Positions 38,692 to 52,220 of a stretch of DNA of 64,000 bases are shown here, one piece after another. Source of the DNA: Mobula hypostoma (lineage: Eukaryota). Both the position numbers and the translations under genes were made by a program. The stretch spans positions 13,516,001 to 13,580,000 of the forward strand of contig NC_086128.1 of the NCBI RefSeq assembly GCF_963921235.1. Direction: 5' to 3'. The notes beneath the pieces were generated by a model, which made no database searches, was not told the origin of the DNA, and was given only the letters and a program-made list of their open reading frames with translations. The stretch's first letter is position 1, and the number at the start of each line of letters is the position of its first letter.

Positions 38692-40340
38692 ACTACACTT
38701 GCCCCTACACCTCCTCCCTCACCACCATTCAGGGCCCCAAACAGTCCTTCTAGGTGAGGAACATGTCACCTGAGAGTCTGTTGGGGTCATCTTACTGTAT
38801 CTGGTACTCCTGGTGTGGTCACATCAGTGAGACCAGACCCACATTGGGGGGTCCACTTCATTGAGAACCTCTGGTCCATCTGCCACATTCCTCTGGCGAC
38901 ATCATCCAGGTAGCAAATCTCTCAAAATATTTCATCTTGTCCATGCCTTCTGCTTGTTCTTTTTTGTCTTGTTTGTGTTAAGGAAACTGTTGGAGCCTGT
39001 GACGTACAGTTTGGAACTCGATCGAAGGACCCAGCGTTGTGCTGTGTCCAGAGAGCTGCCTCATGGAGATTAGAGATGGGGGCTGAAAAGGATCAATAGC
39101 ACGAGTTGACTGGTGGAAAAGATCAGAGAGATGAGGCACCGGGTCACGAGTCACTCCATCTCGGAGCGGCAAGGAAGATTGAAGCATTGAGGTGAATGCG
39201 GAGGGAGTCAGCGATGGCTCCTGACGGAGTTCACTGGGGTAACGATGATCAGCAGCCGGATCAGCGCGTTCAGACCGGGTCAGCGGTCACTCTTCACAGC
39301 AGAACGATGTTCATGCGGCTGCTTTCCTCATATGCAGATAAAAAGATGTTTCCCATATTCTGAGATTTATGAGAATATAGGACTGTACTTTATGTTGGTT
39401 TCCTTCAGTATTTCAGCATTTTCTTTCTTGTGAACAATTGGCGGGGGGGGGTGATCTGTTAATTTTTTGTATGTAGGGCGGTTGGGAGTTTTGGTGCTAT
39501 TGTTGCTGTTTATTTCTGCGGGTGAGAGGGTCGGGGATTGCTACTGTTGCTGTTTTTTTCCCCTGAGTGTGAGGGGGTCGAGGTTGCTATTGTCGCTGTT
39601 TATTTCTGCGAGTGAGGGGGTCGGGGATTGTCACTGTCGTTTTTACTGTGGGGAAAAGTTGGGAGTTTTTGGCTCTGCGAGTTTTGTATCCTTTTTCTAT
39701 CGTGCCGGCGGGGGGAGAATGGTGGAGTTGATGACAACTCCCATGGTCTGTATTTAATGACTATCTGGAGTGGACAAACATCACCGTTGTATTGTAAATA
39801 CACACTCAGACAATAACATGTACTTTTGAACAAAATGCGGGATTTCCAGGTGTCCACCCATTTCAATTTGACTTCCCATTCTCATTCATACATGTCATTC
39901 CATGGCCTCCTCAGATTTGGAGGAACAACACCTCATATTCCATCTGGGTAGCCTCCAACCTGATTGCATGAACATCAATGTTTCCACTTCCCCCTTCTCT
40001 CGTGTTCCATTCCCCATTCTAGTTACTCTCTCACCTCTTCTCTTCTCTTCATCTGCCCATCATCTGTCCCTCTTCTTTCCCTTTCTTCCATGGTCATATC
40101 ATTTTCCACTTATCACCTCCCAGCTTCCCCACCTATCACCTGCCATCTTGTACTCTTACACCTCCCCAAACTTCTCATTCTTGGTTCTGTCCCCTTCCTT
40201 TCCAGTCTGAAGAAGGGTCTCAGCCCAAAAAGTCGACTGTTTATTCCTGCTCATAGTTGCTGCCTGACTTGCCGAGTTCCTCAAACATTTAGTGTGTGTT
40301 GCTTAAGATTTCCAGCATCTGCAGAATCTCTTGTGTTTAA
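38692..40340 (+). mobile_element. Older PLE fragment split by a ~0.95-kb non-coding retroelement (38886-39829)
   Basis: PLE GIY-YIG sequence stops near 38885 and resumes near 39830; the insert is related to 52221-53220. Confidence 0.75.
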
Positions 40341-40963
40341 GAATGAGCTTGTTTGATTTGCATACTTGTTTCACTCACATAGCAAAATGTCAGTTTCATC
40401 CAGGCAATGTCACACATAAACGACTGTGACTCACCTATTGCTTCTCAAAAGGGTTTGGAGGTTCAGTGATGCAGATTCCAGATGACATTAGACTAGCAAG
40501 TCTATAATTGTTTTCTTAACACAATTTACAATTTATTACATAGTAGCGTACTCACTCAAGAGATTTGTGATGCTGGACTAAAACTGAAATAGGCTAAAAG
40601 TTTAATCTGTAAATTTCATTCCTCCCAGTCAGTAGTTTATGGCAATAATTTTATCTATTAAACTTATTTCAGGTGCCAACAAACATTTCACCAAAATACC
40701 TTTCTTTTAGAAAAAGTTTCTAATGGCTCTTTTCACAAGTAAAAATGCATTGACGTATCATGAATGTCACATTTGTGTTCCCTGAACATGGCAATTGTAA
40801 TTTAATGAAGAAATATGCAAGACAACGTGGTCAAATGTATCAAAACCAATATAAAACAAATGGAAATACTTGTAGTTTGCCAGACTTTTCAGTGATGCTT
40901 AGTGTTGAGTAAAGTACTTTTTAATGAATTTGGTCAATATAAATCCTAACAATTCTGTAAAAT

Positions 40964-42683
40964 CGGAAACATGAGAAAATCTGCGGATGCTGAAAATTCA
41001 AGCAACATACACAGAAAATGCTGGTGAACGCAGCAGGCCAGGCAGCATCTATAGGAAAAGGTACAGTCGACGTTTCGGGCCAAGACTCTTCATCAGGACT
41101 AACTGAAAGAAGAGATAGTAAGAGATTTGAAAGTGGGAGGGGGAGGGGGAGATCCGAAATGATAGGAGAAGACAGGAGGGGGAGGGATGGAGCTAAGAGC
41201 TGGAGAGGTGATTGGCAAAGGGGATACAAGGCTGGAGAAGGGAGAGGATCATGGAACGGGAGGCCTAGGGAGAAAGAAAGGGAGAGGGGAGCCCAGAGGA
41301 TGGGCAAGGAGTTGTAGCAAAAGAGATAGAGGGAGAGAAAAAATAAAAGGGGGGAAATAAATAATAAATAATGGATGGGGTACGAAGGGGAGGTGGGGCA
41401 TTAGCTGAAGTTAGAGCAGTCAATGTTCATGCCATCAGGTTGGAGGCTACCCAGATGGAATATAAGGTGTTGTTCCTCCAACCCGAGTGTGGCTTCATCT
41501 TGACAGTAGAGGAGGCCGTAGATAGACATATTAGAATGGGAATGGGACATGGAATTAAAATGTGTGGCCACTGGGAGATCCTGCTTTCTCTGGCGGACAG
41601 AGCGTAGGTGTTCAGCGAAATGGTCTCCCAGCCTGCATCGAGTCTCGCCAATATATAGAAGGCCACATCGGGAGCACCGGACGCAGTATATCACCCCAGC
41701 CGACTCACAGGTGAAGTGTCGCCTCACCTGGAAGGACTGTTTGGGGCCCTGAATGGTGGTGAGGGAGGAAGTGTAGGGGTATGTGTAGCACTTGTTCTGC
41801 TTATAAGGATAAGTGCTGGGAGGGAGATCGGTGGGAAGGGATGGGAGGGGACGAATGGACAAGGGAGTCGCGTAGGGAGCAATCCCAGCGGAAAGTAGAG
41901 GGGGGGGGAGGGAAAGATGTGCTTAGTGGTGGGATCCCGTTGGAGGTGGCGGAAGTTACGGAGAATTATATGTTGGACCTGGAGGCTGGTGGGGTGGTAG
42001 GTGAGCACAAGGGGAACCCTATTCCGAGTGGGGTGGTGGGAGGATGGGGTGAAACCAGATGTGCATAAAATGGGAGAGATGCGTTTGAGAGCAGAGTTGA
42101 TGGTGGAGGAAGGGAAGCCCCTTTCTTTGAAAAAGGAGGACATCTCCCTCGTCCTGGAATGAAAAGCCTCATCCTGAGAGCAGATGTGGTGGAGACAGAG
42201 GAATTGCGAGAAGGCGATGGCATTTTTGCAAGAGACAGGGTGAGAAGAGGAATAGTCCAGGTAGCTGTGAGAGAACATTGACTTCTCTAACTTCCATTCA
42301 TGCCCCACCTCCCCTTCATACCCCATCTCTTATTTATTATTTATTATTATTTTTTCTTTTCCCCTTTTTTCTCCCTCTGTCCCTCTCGCTACAACTCCTT
42401 GCCCATTCTTTGGGCTCCCCTCCCCCTTTCTTTCTCTCTAGGCCTCCCATCCCATGATCTTCTCTCTTCTCCAGCCTCGTATCCCTTTTGCCAATCAACT
42501 TTCCAGCTCTTGGCTCTATCCCTCCCCCTCCTGTCTTCTCCTATCATTTTGGATCTCCCCCTCCCACTTTCAAATCTCTTACTAACTCTTCCTTCAGTTA
42601 GTCCTGACGAAGGGTCTCGGCCCGAAACGTCGACTGTACCTCTTCCTATAGATGCTGCCTGGCCTGCTGCATTCACCAGCATT
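40964..42683. mobile_element. PLE with inverted 3'-end copy (minus 40964-~42272, plus ~42273-42683)
   Basis: HSYLDYSSSHP through GIY-YIG on minus strand; TSD aattctgtaaaat at 40951-40963 and 42684-42696; hammerheads at 41065-41100 (-) and 42600-42635 (+). Confidence 0.93.
42600..42635 (+). ncRNA. Minimal hammerhead ribozyme motif (consensus-like copy)
   Basis: AGTC CTGACGA A GGGTCTCGGCCC GAAA CGTC GACT. Confidence 0.8.
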
Positions 42684-42979
42684 AATTCTGTAAAATATCC
42701 CTTTACAAAAGCAAAGCAGCTCTAGTTGGTGCAGAGATGAAAAGGTAATTGAAAAACATCAGAAACAATTACACAGAATTAATTATTCATGTCCAGAGAT
42801 TCTGCTGCACATTGCTGTGCCCACACATTTTGGTGCTGATCCCTGCAACTTCAAACTCACAATCCTTGCCTGCTGCCCAACCTAATCCCACTTTAACCTG
42901 TTAATCTCCCGACCACCATGTCCTGATCACCTGAATCAACAGGGTTCTGATCACCTGATTCCCTTGCCCCAGTGATAAG

Positions 42980-43430
42980 ACCTACCCTGACCAACCAAGG
43001 ATGAAAGTGGACTGGCGATCAGAGCTTGGTTGGGCATGATCAGAATGTTGACCTGGGAGGTGACGTTGATTTGGAGGATTTTGTGGTAACTGAGCAGTAC
43101 TTTGATGTGTTGGATGTGGGCTGTCCATGTCTCCAAAGGTCAGGGATTCCTAAGCTTAGTGCCAGGCTTGGTCTTTGAACTCTCTTTTCCTTCGTTGGCC
43201 AAAGTCTGTATTGGTCCCCAGGAGGTGGCGGTGAATCCTGTCATTGATATTTGCTTATTGTGGGCCCGGGGGGGGGGGGGGAAGAGCTTCTGAGAGATCC
43301 ATATTTCCCAGGGTCAACCAACGATCTTAATTGTTGGTGAAGTGGGACATGGGGAGTTGATGGTGTTATACATTAACAGGAGATCTTTGTCTTACTGATG
43401 TTTAGTGTAAGGCCCATGCCTTCCTGCGTA
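42980..43430 (-). mobile_element. Decayed RTE-clade LINE fragment
   Basis: GLTLNISKTKI and ETWT..IQHIKVL..YH.KILQI resemble the RTE post-RT region. Confidence 0.55.
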
Positions 43431-43431
43431 A

Positions 43432-44226
43432 TAGAACACAGAACAGTATAGTACAGGAATAGGCCCTTCGGTCCACAACGTCTGTGTCAAACAAAATCAC
43501 AGAGTAAACTAATTCTCTTCTGCCTCTACATGATGCCCCGCACATCTCCTTTAAACTCCGCCCCCCCCATTTTAAATGCATGTCCTCTGGTCCTTGACAT
43601 TTCTACCCTGAGAAAAAAAAAGAGATTCTGACTGTTTACCCTATCTATCTATGCCTGTCATTAACTTATAAACTTCTATCAGGTCTCCCCTCAGCCTCCG
43701 ATGCTCCAGAGAAAACAACCCATGTTTGTCCTACCTCTTCTATAGCACGTGTCCTCTAATCCAGACAGCATCCTGATAAAGCTTTTCTGCACCCTCTCCA
43801 AAGCCTCCACATCATTCCTGTGATGGGGTGACCAGAACTGCACATGATAGTCCATGTTTAGCCAAACTAAATATTTATATAGCTACCACATGATTTCAGT
43901 GCCCCAACCAATGAAGGCAAACATACTATCTGCTTTCTTTAGCACCCTATCCACTTTCAGTGAGATATGGACTTGGACTCCAAGATCCTACTGTAAGCCA
44001 ATGATGCTAAGACTTTTTCCATCAAATGGGTGCTTACCCCTTACATTAAACCTCCCAAAGTTTAACACCTCACATTTGTTCAGATTAAATTCCACTTGCC
44101 ATTTCTCCACCACTAATATGTAACTGATCTATATTCTATTGTACTCAACACTATCCACATCTCTACCAATCTTTATGTCATCTGCAAACTTACTAACTCA
44201 TCCATCTACATTTTCATCCAAGTCAA
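43432..44226 (-). mobile_element. CR1 LINE 3' fragment
   Basis: Reverse complement of CR1 RT C-terminus (SKFADD region) and (gttct) tail. Confidence 0.85.
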
Positions 44227-44654
44227 ATAAGGGAATCAATGGGATTAGTGCAGGAAAGTTCTGCTGTGGGATCAGCCATGTATTACTGAATGGTGCAGTG
44301 GGCACAAGGGACTGAGTGGCCAACACGTACTCCTGCTTCTTATGTTTTATAACATTGAGCTCAACCTCCAAACGTCACATTCCACCTTTCTATTTCTTCA
44401 ATGGCCATAGAATTTGCTGTTTAACTACAATTAATAATAAATTATTTTGGGGAAATTCTTGCAGAATTTAGATTGAATTATACCCAATAACATCAGGTCC
44501 AGTAATATCTTGGCCTACAGCCCCATTTTATGCATACGATCTTGATTGTTCCCCCATAATCCTCTATTCCTTCTGAAATACCACGTAGAGTCTCACATCA
44601 AATTCACAACTTTAAGCATTCAGCATAATGAGAAGTCGAACTGAAATGGGTAAA

Positions 44655-45025
44655 TTCCCCTATTCTGGTTACCTCTTCACCCCTTCTCTTCTCCTCATCT
44701 GTCCACCACCTCCTGCTGGTTCCCCTCATCCTCCACTTTCTTCCTTGGCCCACTGTCCTCTCCTATCAGATTCTTTCTTCTTTAGCACTTTATCTCTTCT
44801 ACCCATCACCTCCCAGCATCTCACTTCATCACTCACCTCCCCCTCACCTGGTCTCGTCTATCACCTGACATCTTGTACTATTTCCCCCCCCCCCAACCTT
44901 CTTATCCTGCCTTCTGCCCCCTTCCTTTCCAGTCCTGATGAACAGTCTTGGCCTGAAACATTGAAAACATTGACTGTTTATTCCCCACTACAGATGCTGT
45001 ATCTGCAGAATCTCTTCTGTTTAAA
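44655..45025 (+). mobile_element. Old PLE 3' fragment
   Basis: Pyrimidine-rich tract and agtcctgatgaa...gaaac hammerhead remnant at 44931. Confidence 0.75.
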
Positions 45026-47172
45026 CATGTGTGTTTTTTTTCCCCCTTTGCTGCTTTTAGATTTTCAACACATTCTAAGTGAATCTCAACCCAATATTTT
45101 GGAATTCCAGGGCCCCAAGCTCTAATTAATGGTGGATGTCGACTAACTGGTGAATGGAGTTCTTGGAATTTTCCATTCATGTATTCTTAGTGGGGATTGA
45201 GATGAAATGTGGAGTCCTTTCCTAGATCTCACAAATCAGGTTGATAGGTTGAAAGTTTTATTTGTAGGCATAGTGACACTAGGCGTATTTTAGAAATTTA
45301 TTTTAGTTCCTCAGTTTGTACACTAAATGAATTTGTGTATTTAACTTTTTTTGAGCCTCCTTTCAACTAGGAAGGAAATGGATTACCAAGGAGTCTTGAG
45401 AAGTTGTTAAGAATGCAGCAAACAGGAAGAAAGCAAGACAGAACTGGTTGATTTTGCTAGAGTCGTTACCTTTCACCTTGCAACTAATCCATTTAGTTCT
45501 AATTCAATCTAACTGTGCTGCATCTAGAAATGATTTGGAGTTTACAGTGGCACTGTGTACTCGGGAGGGAAGTTGATTCATTCTGTGGTGATAAGTAAAG
45601 GTGGAGTCTGTGTTTCATGATAAGCTCTTTGTGCTGCTCAGACATGGTGGTCTTGTCACACACATGCTCCCCTGACCTGGAACATCTAATGATTAAGTGC
45701 TGAACATTCTACTTACCAAGCGAGTCTCCCCCGATCCTGAGTGCAGTTTACATACCGTCAAAGACCAATGTATTGAGTGTAGTGATTAGCAAACAAGAAA
45801 CAGCCTACACCAACACCTTTAAAATCTTTGTCAATCAGGCTTGTTTCAAGGAATCTCCGCCCAATTATCATCAACATATGACCTGCAGCACAAGGGGTCC
45901 CAACGCACTCGACCAATGTTTATTACGATTGGGAATGCCTACTGTTCCATCCCTAAACCTCACTTTGGGAAATCTGACCATCTGGCTGCCCTCCTTCTAC
46001 CTGTATTCAGGCAAAGCCGAAAGAGCGAGATTCCAGAGGAAAAGACAACAAAGGGGTGGTTGCAGGAGTCAGAGGAGTGGCTATGGGATTGCTTCAAGTC
46101 GGTCAACTGGGCCATGTTCAAGACTTGTCAGAGGATCTAAACAAATACACCACAGATGTCACAGACTTTATAAAAACAGCCATAGATGAGTGTGTCCTTA
46201 CAATATCATTCAGAGTTTTCCCCAACAAGAAGCCCTGGATGAACCAAGAGATCCGCCATCTGCTGAGGGCCAGATCAGTGGCATTCGGGTCTGGCAACCA
46301 AGTAAAATACAAGAGGTCCAGGTATGATCTCCAGACAGTCATCTCACATGCAAAGTGGCAATTCCAGACCAAACTTGCATCACTGAAGGATGCTCGACAG
46401 CTGTGGCAGGGCTTGAATGCTGTCACGTCCCACAAAATGAAAGCAAGCGACATAGGTGACAAGGCTTTGCTCCCAAACGAGCTCAATGCCTTCTATGCTC
46501 GGTTTGACTACCAAAACATGGAGGCACTTTCACGAACTCTCACAGCCCTCAGTGGTTTCAGTATCTGAGGCCAATGTGAGAGCATTCTTCAGGAGGGTGA
46601 ACCCACGGAAAGCATTTAGCCCAGATGGCGTACCTGGCCGAGTACTAAAGACCTGGCTGGAGCATTCACTGAGATCTTTAACCTCTCACTTCAGCAGTCT
46701 GAGATGCCCACCTGCTTCAAGCAGGCTTCAATTATACCAGTGCCCAAGAAGAACAGGGTAACCTACCTCATTGACTATTGTCCAGTAGTACTTATAACCA
46801 CAGAGGTGGAGTGTTTTGAGAGACTTGTTGAAGCAGATCAGCTCCTGTCTGAGTGGTGACTTGGATCTGCTCCAATTTGCCTACCAGAGCAACAGGTCCA
46901 CAGCAGATGCCATCCCAGTGGCTCTTCACTCAACCCTGGGACATCTGGACAGCAAAGATGCATACATCAGGATGCTCTTTATCAACTACAGTTTGGCTTT
47001 CAATACCATCATCCCCTCAAAACTAATCAGTAAGCTTCAAGACCTAGATCTAAATACCTCCTTGTGCAATTGGATCCTTGATTTTCTCACCTGCAGACCC
47101 CAGTCAATTTGAATTGGCAACAACATCTCCTTCATGATCACCATTAGCACAGGTGCACCACAAAGCTGTGTC

Positions 47173-47737
47173 TGTGGAAGTTGTGGTAAGGCAAAAGTCA
47201 AAGACAACATCCAGGCAAGAATAGCCTGGGGCAGTTGTAGTCAATTGAAACCTTTGAATTGAAACTGCTGGAGCTGGCCTTGCTCACTGCAGACCAGATA
47301 GGTGAGAAGACTGTGGCAGTGTGTAATCAATCTAGAAGAACATAGCTTCCCTTTACACAGTAGGGATGCCAGAGACAGACTGGATGGGAATAATGGAATA
47401 CACCCAACAACTAAGGGACAATTGCTTTACTAAATTCAAAATATCCTTAGCTGTCAGCTTGTATTTTCTATTGACTTTCAACATATCCATTGTGAATGGC
47501 ATTGATCTTGCAAGTAAGGAATTCAAAAATACCTAATTTACCAAATGGTCAATATCCATAACTTTTAAGCCAATTCTGTATAAAAATCGTAGTTTTCTGT
47601 TCTGACTTCGGAACTGTGTCGTAACAGAGGCCACACTGTTCTCCTCGTGCACAAGTAAATAAAATATGTTTGAATTGTAAGAGTGTGTGTTCTGGGCCCA
47701 GTTATTTTAGTTATTTTATTTTATTATCAGTGTGACA
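47173..47737 (+). mobile_element. Probable solo LTR
   Basis: Begins TGT, ends ACA, has TATAAAA (~47580) then AATAAA (~47658); interrupts the Rex RT motif GAPQ.CV-LS.LL; flanks tgtgtc / tgtgtt. Confidence 0.7.
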
Positions 47738-48375
47738 TGTGTTTAGCACACTGCTCTACTCACTTGATGCTTATGACTGTGAGAGTAAGTATAGCTCTAA
47801 TGCCATATTTAAGTTTGCTGATGACACCACTATTGTAGGCTGAATCAAAGGTGGTGATGAATCAGCGTATAGGAGGGAGATTCAAAATCTCGTTGAGTGG
47901 TGCCACAATAACCTCTTACTCAATGTCAGTAAGACCAAGGAGCTGAGTACTGACTTCAGAAGGAGGAAACCAGAGATCCATGAGCCAGTTCTTATTGGGG
48001 CGGGGCGGGGCGGGGCGGGGGGGTGGAGGGTGGAGAGGGTCAGCAACTTTAAATTCCTCGGTGTTATCATTTCAGAGGATCTGTCCGAGGCCCAGCATAT
48101 AAGTGCCATTACAAAGAAAGCACAGGAGTGCCTCTAGTTTCTGAGTTTGTGAAGATTTGGCATGACATCTAAAACTTTGACAAACTTCTATAGATGCGTT
48201 GTGGAGAGTATATTAACTTGCTGTATCACAGCTTGGTATGGAAAAACAAATCCCTTTGAACAGAAAATCCTACAAAAACTAGTGGATACAGCCCAGTCCA
48301 TCACAAGTAAAGCCTCCCCACCATTGAGCACATCTACATGAAGCATTGTCACAGGAAAGCAGCATCCATCATCAG

Positions 48376-48660
48376 ATAGATAGATAGATATACCTTATTG
48401 ATCCCGAGGGAAATTGGGTTTCGTTACAGCCGCACCAACCAAGAATAGAGCATAAATATAGCAATACAAAAACCACAAACAATCAAACAACAAAATGCAA
48501 ACTATGCCAGATGGAAATAAGTCCAGGATCAGCCTATTGGCTCAGGGTGTCTGACCCTCCACGGGAGAAGCTGCAAAGTTCGATGGCCACAAGCAGGAAC
48601 AACCTCCGATGATGCCCAGTGTTGTATCTCGGTGGAATATGGCCGGAGTCCAACAGCAAA
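48376..48660 (-). mobile_element. Young LINE 3' fragment with (ATCT)n tail
   Basis: gatagatagata tail; duplication catcag at 48370-48375 and 48661-48666. Confidence 0.7.
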
Positions 48661-49206
48661 CATCAGGGACCTCTACCACCCAGGTCATACTGTCCTCTCA
48701 CAGTTGCTGCCATCAGGAAGGAGGTACAGGAGCCTCAGGACTCACACCACCAGGTTCAGGAACAGTTATTACCCCTCAAACATCAGGCTTTTGAACAGAG
48801 GAGATAACTTCACTCACCCCATCACTGAACTGTTCTCACAACCTATGGACTCACTTTCAAGGACTCTTCATCTCATGCTCTCAATATGTATTACTTATTT
48901 ATTATGTTTTAGATTATTATCTTTGCATTTACTTGGAATGTCCACATGCAAATGAATCTCAGGGTGATATATGGTGACAAATATGTATTTTGATAATAAA
49001 TTTACTTTGAATTTTGAACTTTGTGATTGCTGCCTCTAACTCTGTCCATTATTGGAATCTCAATCTAACTTGGTCTACATCCATAAACTCAAGTGCCAAG
49101 AGAAGGTCAACATTCCACTGGCGCCCATTCCACTAATACGTGCTAGCAATGTTTGATGTGGCTGGAATTACAGCCACTTCACCAGCAACTGACTTAAAGC
49201 AACATT

Positions 49207-49600
49207 GTGATAACACAGGAAGTAAAAATCAGCCAATATTGCACTTCAAAAAACTTGAAAAAGAAGCAACAATTTGGCAACAACAGAACAGCAGATTTAG
49301 ATGTGTTCCTAGACATACGCCATCAGTTTTACACAGACAGAGGAGTACCCTGTGTGACTGCCACAGTATTACCTGCAGATGTGCAGTTCACTGCCAACAT
49401 GAACTCTGACAGCTACCGGGCTCAGGGGAAGGGTGATTATGCAAGTACCTTACAGTCAATCATGTCCAAGTGCATACAGCAGGTCACTGATTTGTTAGTC
49501 ATAAAAGCTTCCATTAGAGCCTTTACCCAAAAGTAGGAAAGCTACAGAAAGACTCAACAAAAGTTCTTTGCTGCAGATATTGAAATACACGAACGACTTC
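49207..49600 (+). pseudogene. Harbinger transposase N-terminal (HTH) relic
   Basis: VLPADVQFTANMN..SY...GD...LQS.MSKCIQQVTDLL..KA then TQQKFFAA; resembles ALP..V..TAALNF.ASGSFQ...GD..GISQS..SRCI.QVT.AL. Confidence 0.6.
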
Positions 49601-49607
49601 CAAATTC

Positions 49608-50944
49608 TTATCTACTGATATCTACTATAAGCCTAAGGACTCTCACAACTACCTGGATTATTCCTCTTCTCACCCTGTCTCTTGCAAAAATGCCATCCCC
49701 TTCCCGTAATTCCTCCGTCTCCGCCGCATCTGCTCTCAGGATGAGGCTTTTCAGTCCAGGACGAGGGAGATGTCCTCCTTTTTTAAAGAAAGGGGCTTCC
49801 CTTCCTCCACCGTCAACTCCACTCTCAAACGCATCTCTCCCATTTCACGCACATCTGCTCTCACTCCATCCTCCCGCCAACCCACTAGGAATAGGGTTCC
49901 CCTGGTCCTCACCTACCACCCCACCAGCCTCCAGGTCCAACATATAATTCTCCGTAACTTCCGCCACCTCCAACGGGATCCCACCACTAAGCACTCCCCC
50001 CACTCTCTGCTTTCCACAGGGATCGCTCCCTACGCTACTCCCTTTTCCATTCATCCCCCCCATCCCTCCCCACTGATCTCCCTCCTGGCACTTATCCTTG
50101 TAAACAGAACAAGTGCTACACATGCCCTTACACCTCCTCCCTCACCACCATTCAGGGCCCCAGACAGTCCTTCCAGGTGAAGCAACACTTCACCTATGAG
50201 TCGGCTGGGGTGATACACTGTGTCCGGTGCTCCTGATGCGGCCCTTCTATATATAAGTGAGACCCGACGCAGACTGGGAGACCATTTCGCTGAACACCTA
50301 CGCTCTGTCCGCCAGAGAAAGCAGGATCTCCCAGTGGCCACACATTTTAATTCCACGTCCCATTCCCACTTTGATATGTCTATTCACGGCCTCCTCTACT
50401 GTCAAGATGAAGCCACACTCAGATTGGAGGAACAACACCTTATAGTCCATCTGGGTAGCCTCCAACCTGACGGCATGAACATTGACTTCTCTAACTTCCG
50501 TTAATGCCCCACCTCCCCCTCGTACCCCATCCGTTATTTATTTATTTATTTATCAATTTATTATTTTATATATATATATGTGTGTGTGTGTGTATATATA
50601 TTCTCTCTCTTTCTCACTCTGTCCCTCTCACTATACTCCTTGCCCATCCTCTGGGCTTCTCCCTCCTCCTTTCTTTCTCTCTAGGCCTCCCGTCCCATGA
50701 TCCTCTCCCTTCTCCAGCCTCGTATCCCTTTTGCCAATCAACTGTCCAGCTCTTAGCTCCATCCCTCCCCCTCCTGTCTTCTCCTATCATTTCAGATCTC
50801 CCCCTCCCCCTCCCACTTTCAAATCTCTTACTACCTCTTCTTTCAGTAAGTCCTGACGAAGGGTCTCGGCCCGAAACGTCGACTGTACCTCTTCCTATTG
50901 ATGCTGCCTGGCCTGCTGCGTTCACCAGCAATTTTTATGTGTGT
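49608..50944 (+). mobile_element. PLE (RT C-terminus, GIY-YIG, 3' end with hammerhead at 50849-50884)
   Basis: Starts LSTDIYYKP..SH.YLDYSSSHP; TSD cttccaaattc at 49597-49607 and 50945-50955. Confidence 0.92.
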
Positions 50945-51447
50945 CTTCCAAATTCCTTTGGATTCCCAGCTAAAATTCCACTCAGTAAACTCACATACGC
51001 TGTATAACATCAAATCCCAATTTACTCAACTTCAAAGCCATCCTGCTTCAGCTCAGGTGCACCTGGAATATTTAGCTGGACTAATGTTCTCTGAGGATGG
51101 ATATTGAAAGATTGCGGTCATGGAATTAAATTATGCAGAGTGATTCTCCCTCATAAATTATGAAGAAAGGTTACATAAATTAAACTTGTATCTCACAGAA
51201 TAAAAAATGTTTATGCAGATTGGATATGGGGATCTTAGGATATTGAAAGCAAACCTTTTGTACCGATTGAAGCTGAGGGTGGAGATGAGTGAGGAGGTAG
51301 TCTGGATCAAGGTGCCATACCCTTAAATCCTGAGCCTCGTCATTCAGGAGTGAAGTTGAGAAACATTCTAAGTGGGAAGCTCTCTCTCATGAAAAGCAAC
51401 AGGTGATAGTTCTTTCTTCTCCAGCCCTTGACCTTTCCCACCCACCT

Positions 51448-51625
51448 GACAATTCACAATGACCAATTAAACTACTAATTGGTATGTCTTTGGTCTGTGG
51501 GAGGAAACTGGAGCACCCATACAAAGCCCAAGCATTCCACGGGGAGGACGTACCGACCTCTCACAAATGACATCGGAATTGAACTCTGACGCCCCGAGCC
51601 GTAATCGTGTCACGATAACCACTAG
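51448..51625 (-). mobile_element. tRNA-derived SINE fragment
   Basis: Reverse complement resembles 62440-62733. Confidence 0.65.
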
Positions 51626-52220
51626 ATTAATACTTTTTAAATATTATCGTTTGGTCTGAATCCTGGAACCCCCTCCTCTACAGAACAAGGGGAGCACCTT
51701 CACCAGAAAAATTCCAGCAAATCAAGAGGCAGCTCACCCCCATCTTCCTGATGGGTAATCAAAGATGGATAATACATGCAGATTTGTACACTTTTGATAC
51801 TTAATGTCATTTTTAATTTAGTTATGAGCTTCAAAAAAAAACACACACCCAAAATCCTACTTTTATGATTTTTCATCATTTGAGAAACAGGACTCTGGCA
51901 CTTAGTCTTTTCAATGATTTCAATGATATTAGAATAAATTTTAAGCACACTGTCAAGCTCCTGGGAAATATTTTGGACTTAATGGAGCTACTATAATGAA
52001 ATAGTTTCTGTAACTGCGAGCTTTGATATGTGTCCAAACTGGTCTGAATCAGTTCTACAACAGAATGTTTTAAGTAGTGTGGCTAATGAAGCTTTATACA
52101 AGACCAAAACCAACTCTGAGTTGGATTTGGGAATTGGGAAAATGCATTTGTCAAGTTTCTTGGTGGACAGGGCCTCCAATGCTTCCTAAGAAAGGCAGTT
52201 TCCTTCACACGCCACCTTTA

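Larger units (their letters stand above)
45595..49023 (+). mobile_element. Rex1/Babar LINE (APE and RT), decayed, with two nested insertions
   Basis: [58 protein letters not shown]; (tttgaa) tail; inserts at 47173-47737 and 48376-48660. Confidence 0.9.

Noticed and set aside
42951-43136. Peptide first read as Gypsy RT/RNase H
   Set aside because: Upstream sequence (GLTLNISKTK, ETWT) fits an RTE LINE better.
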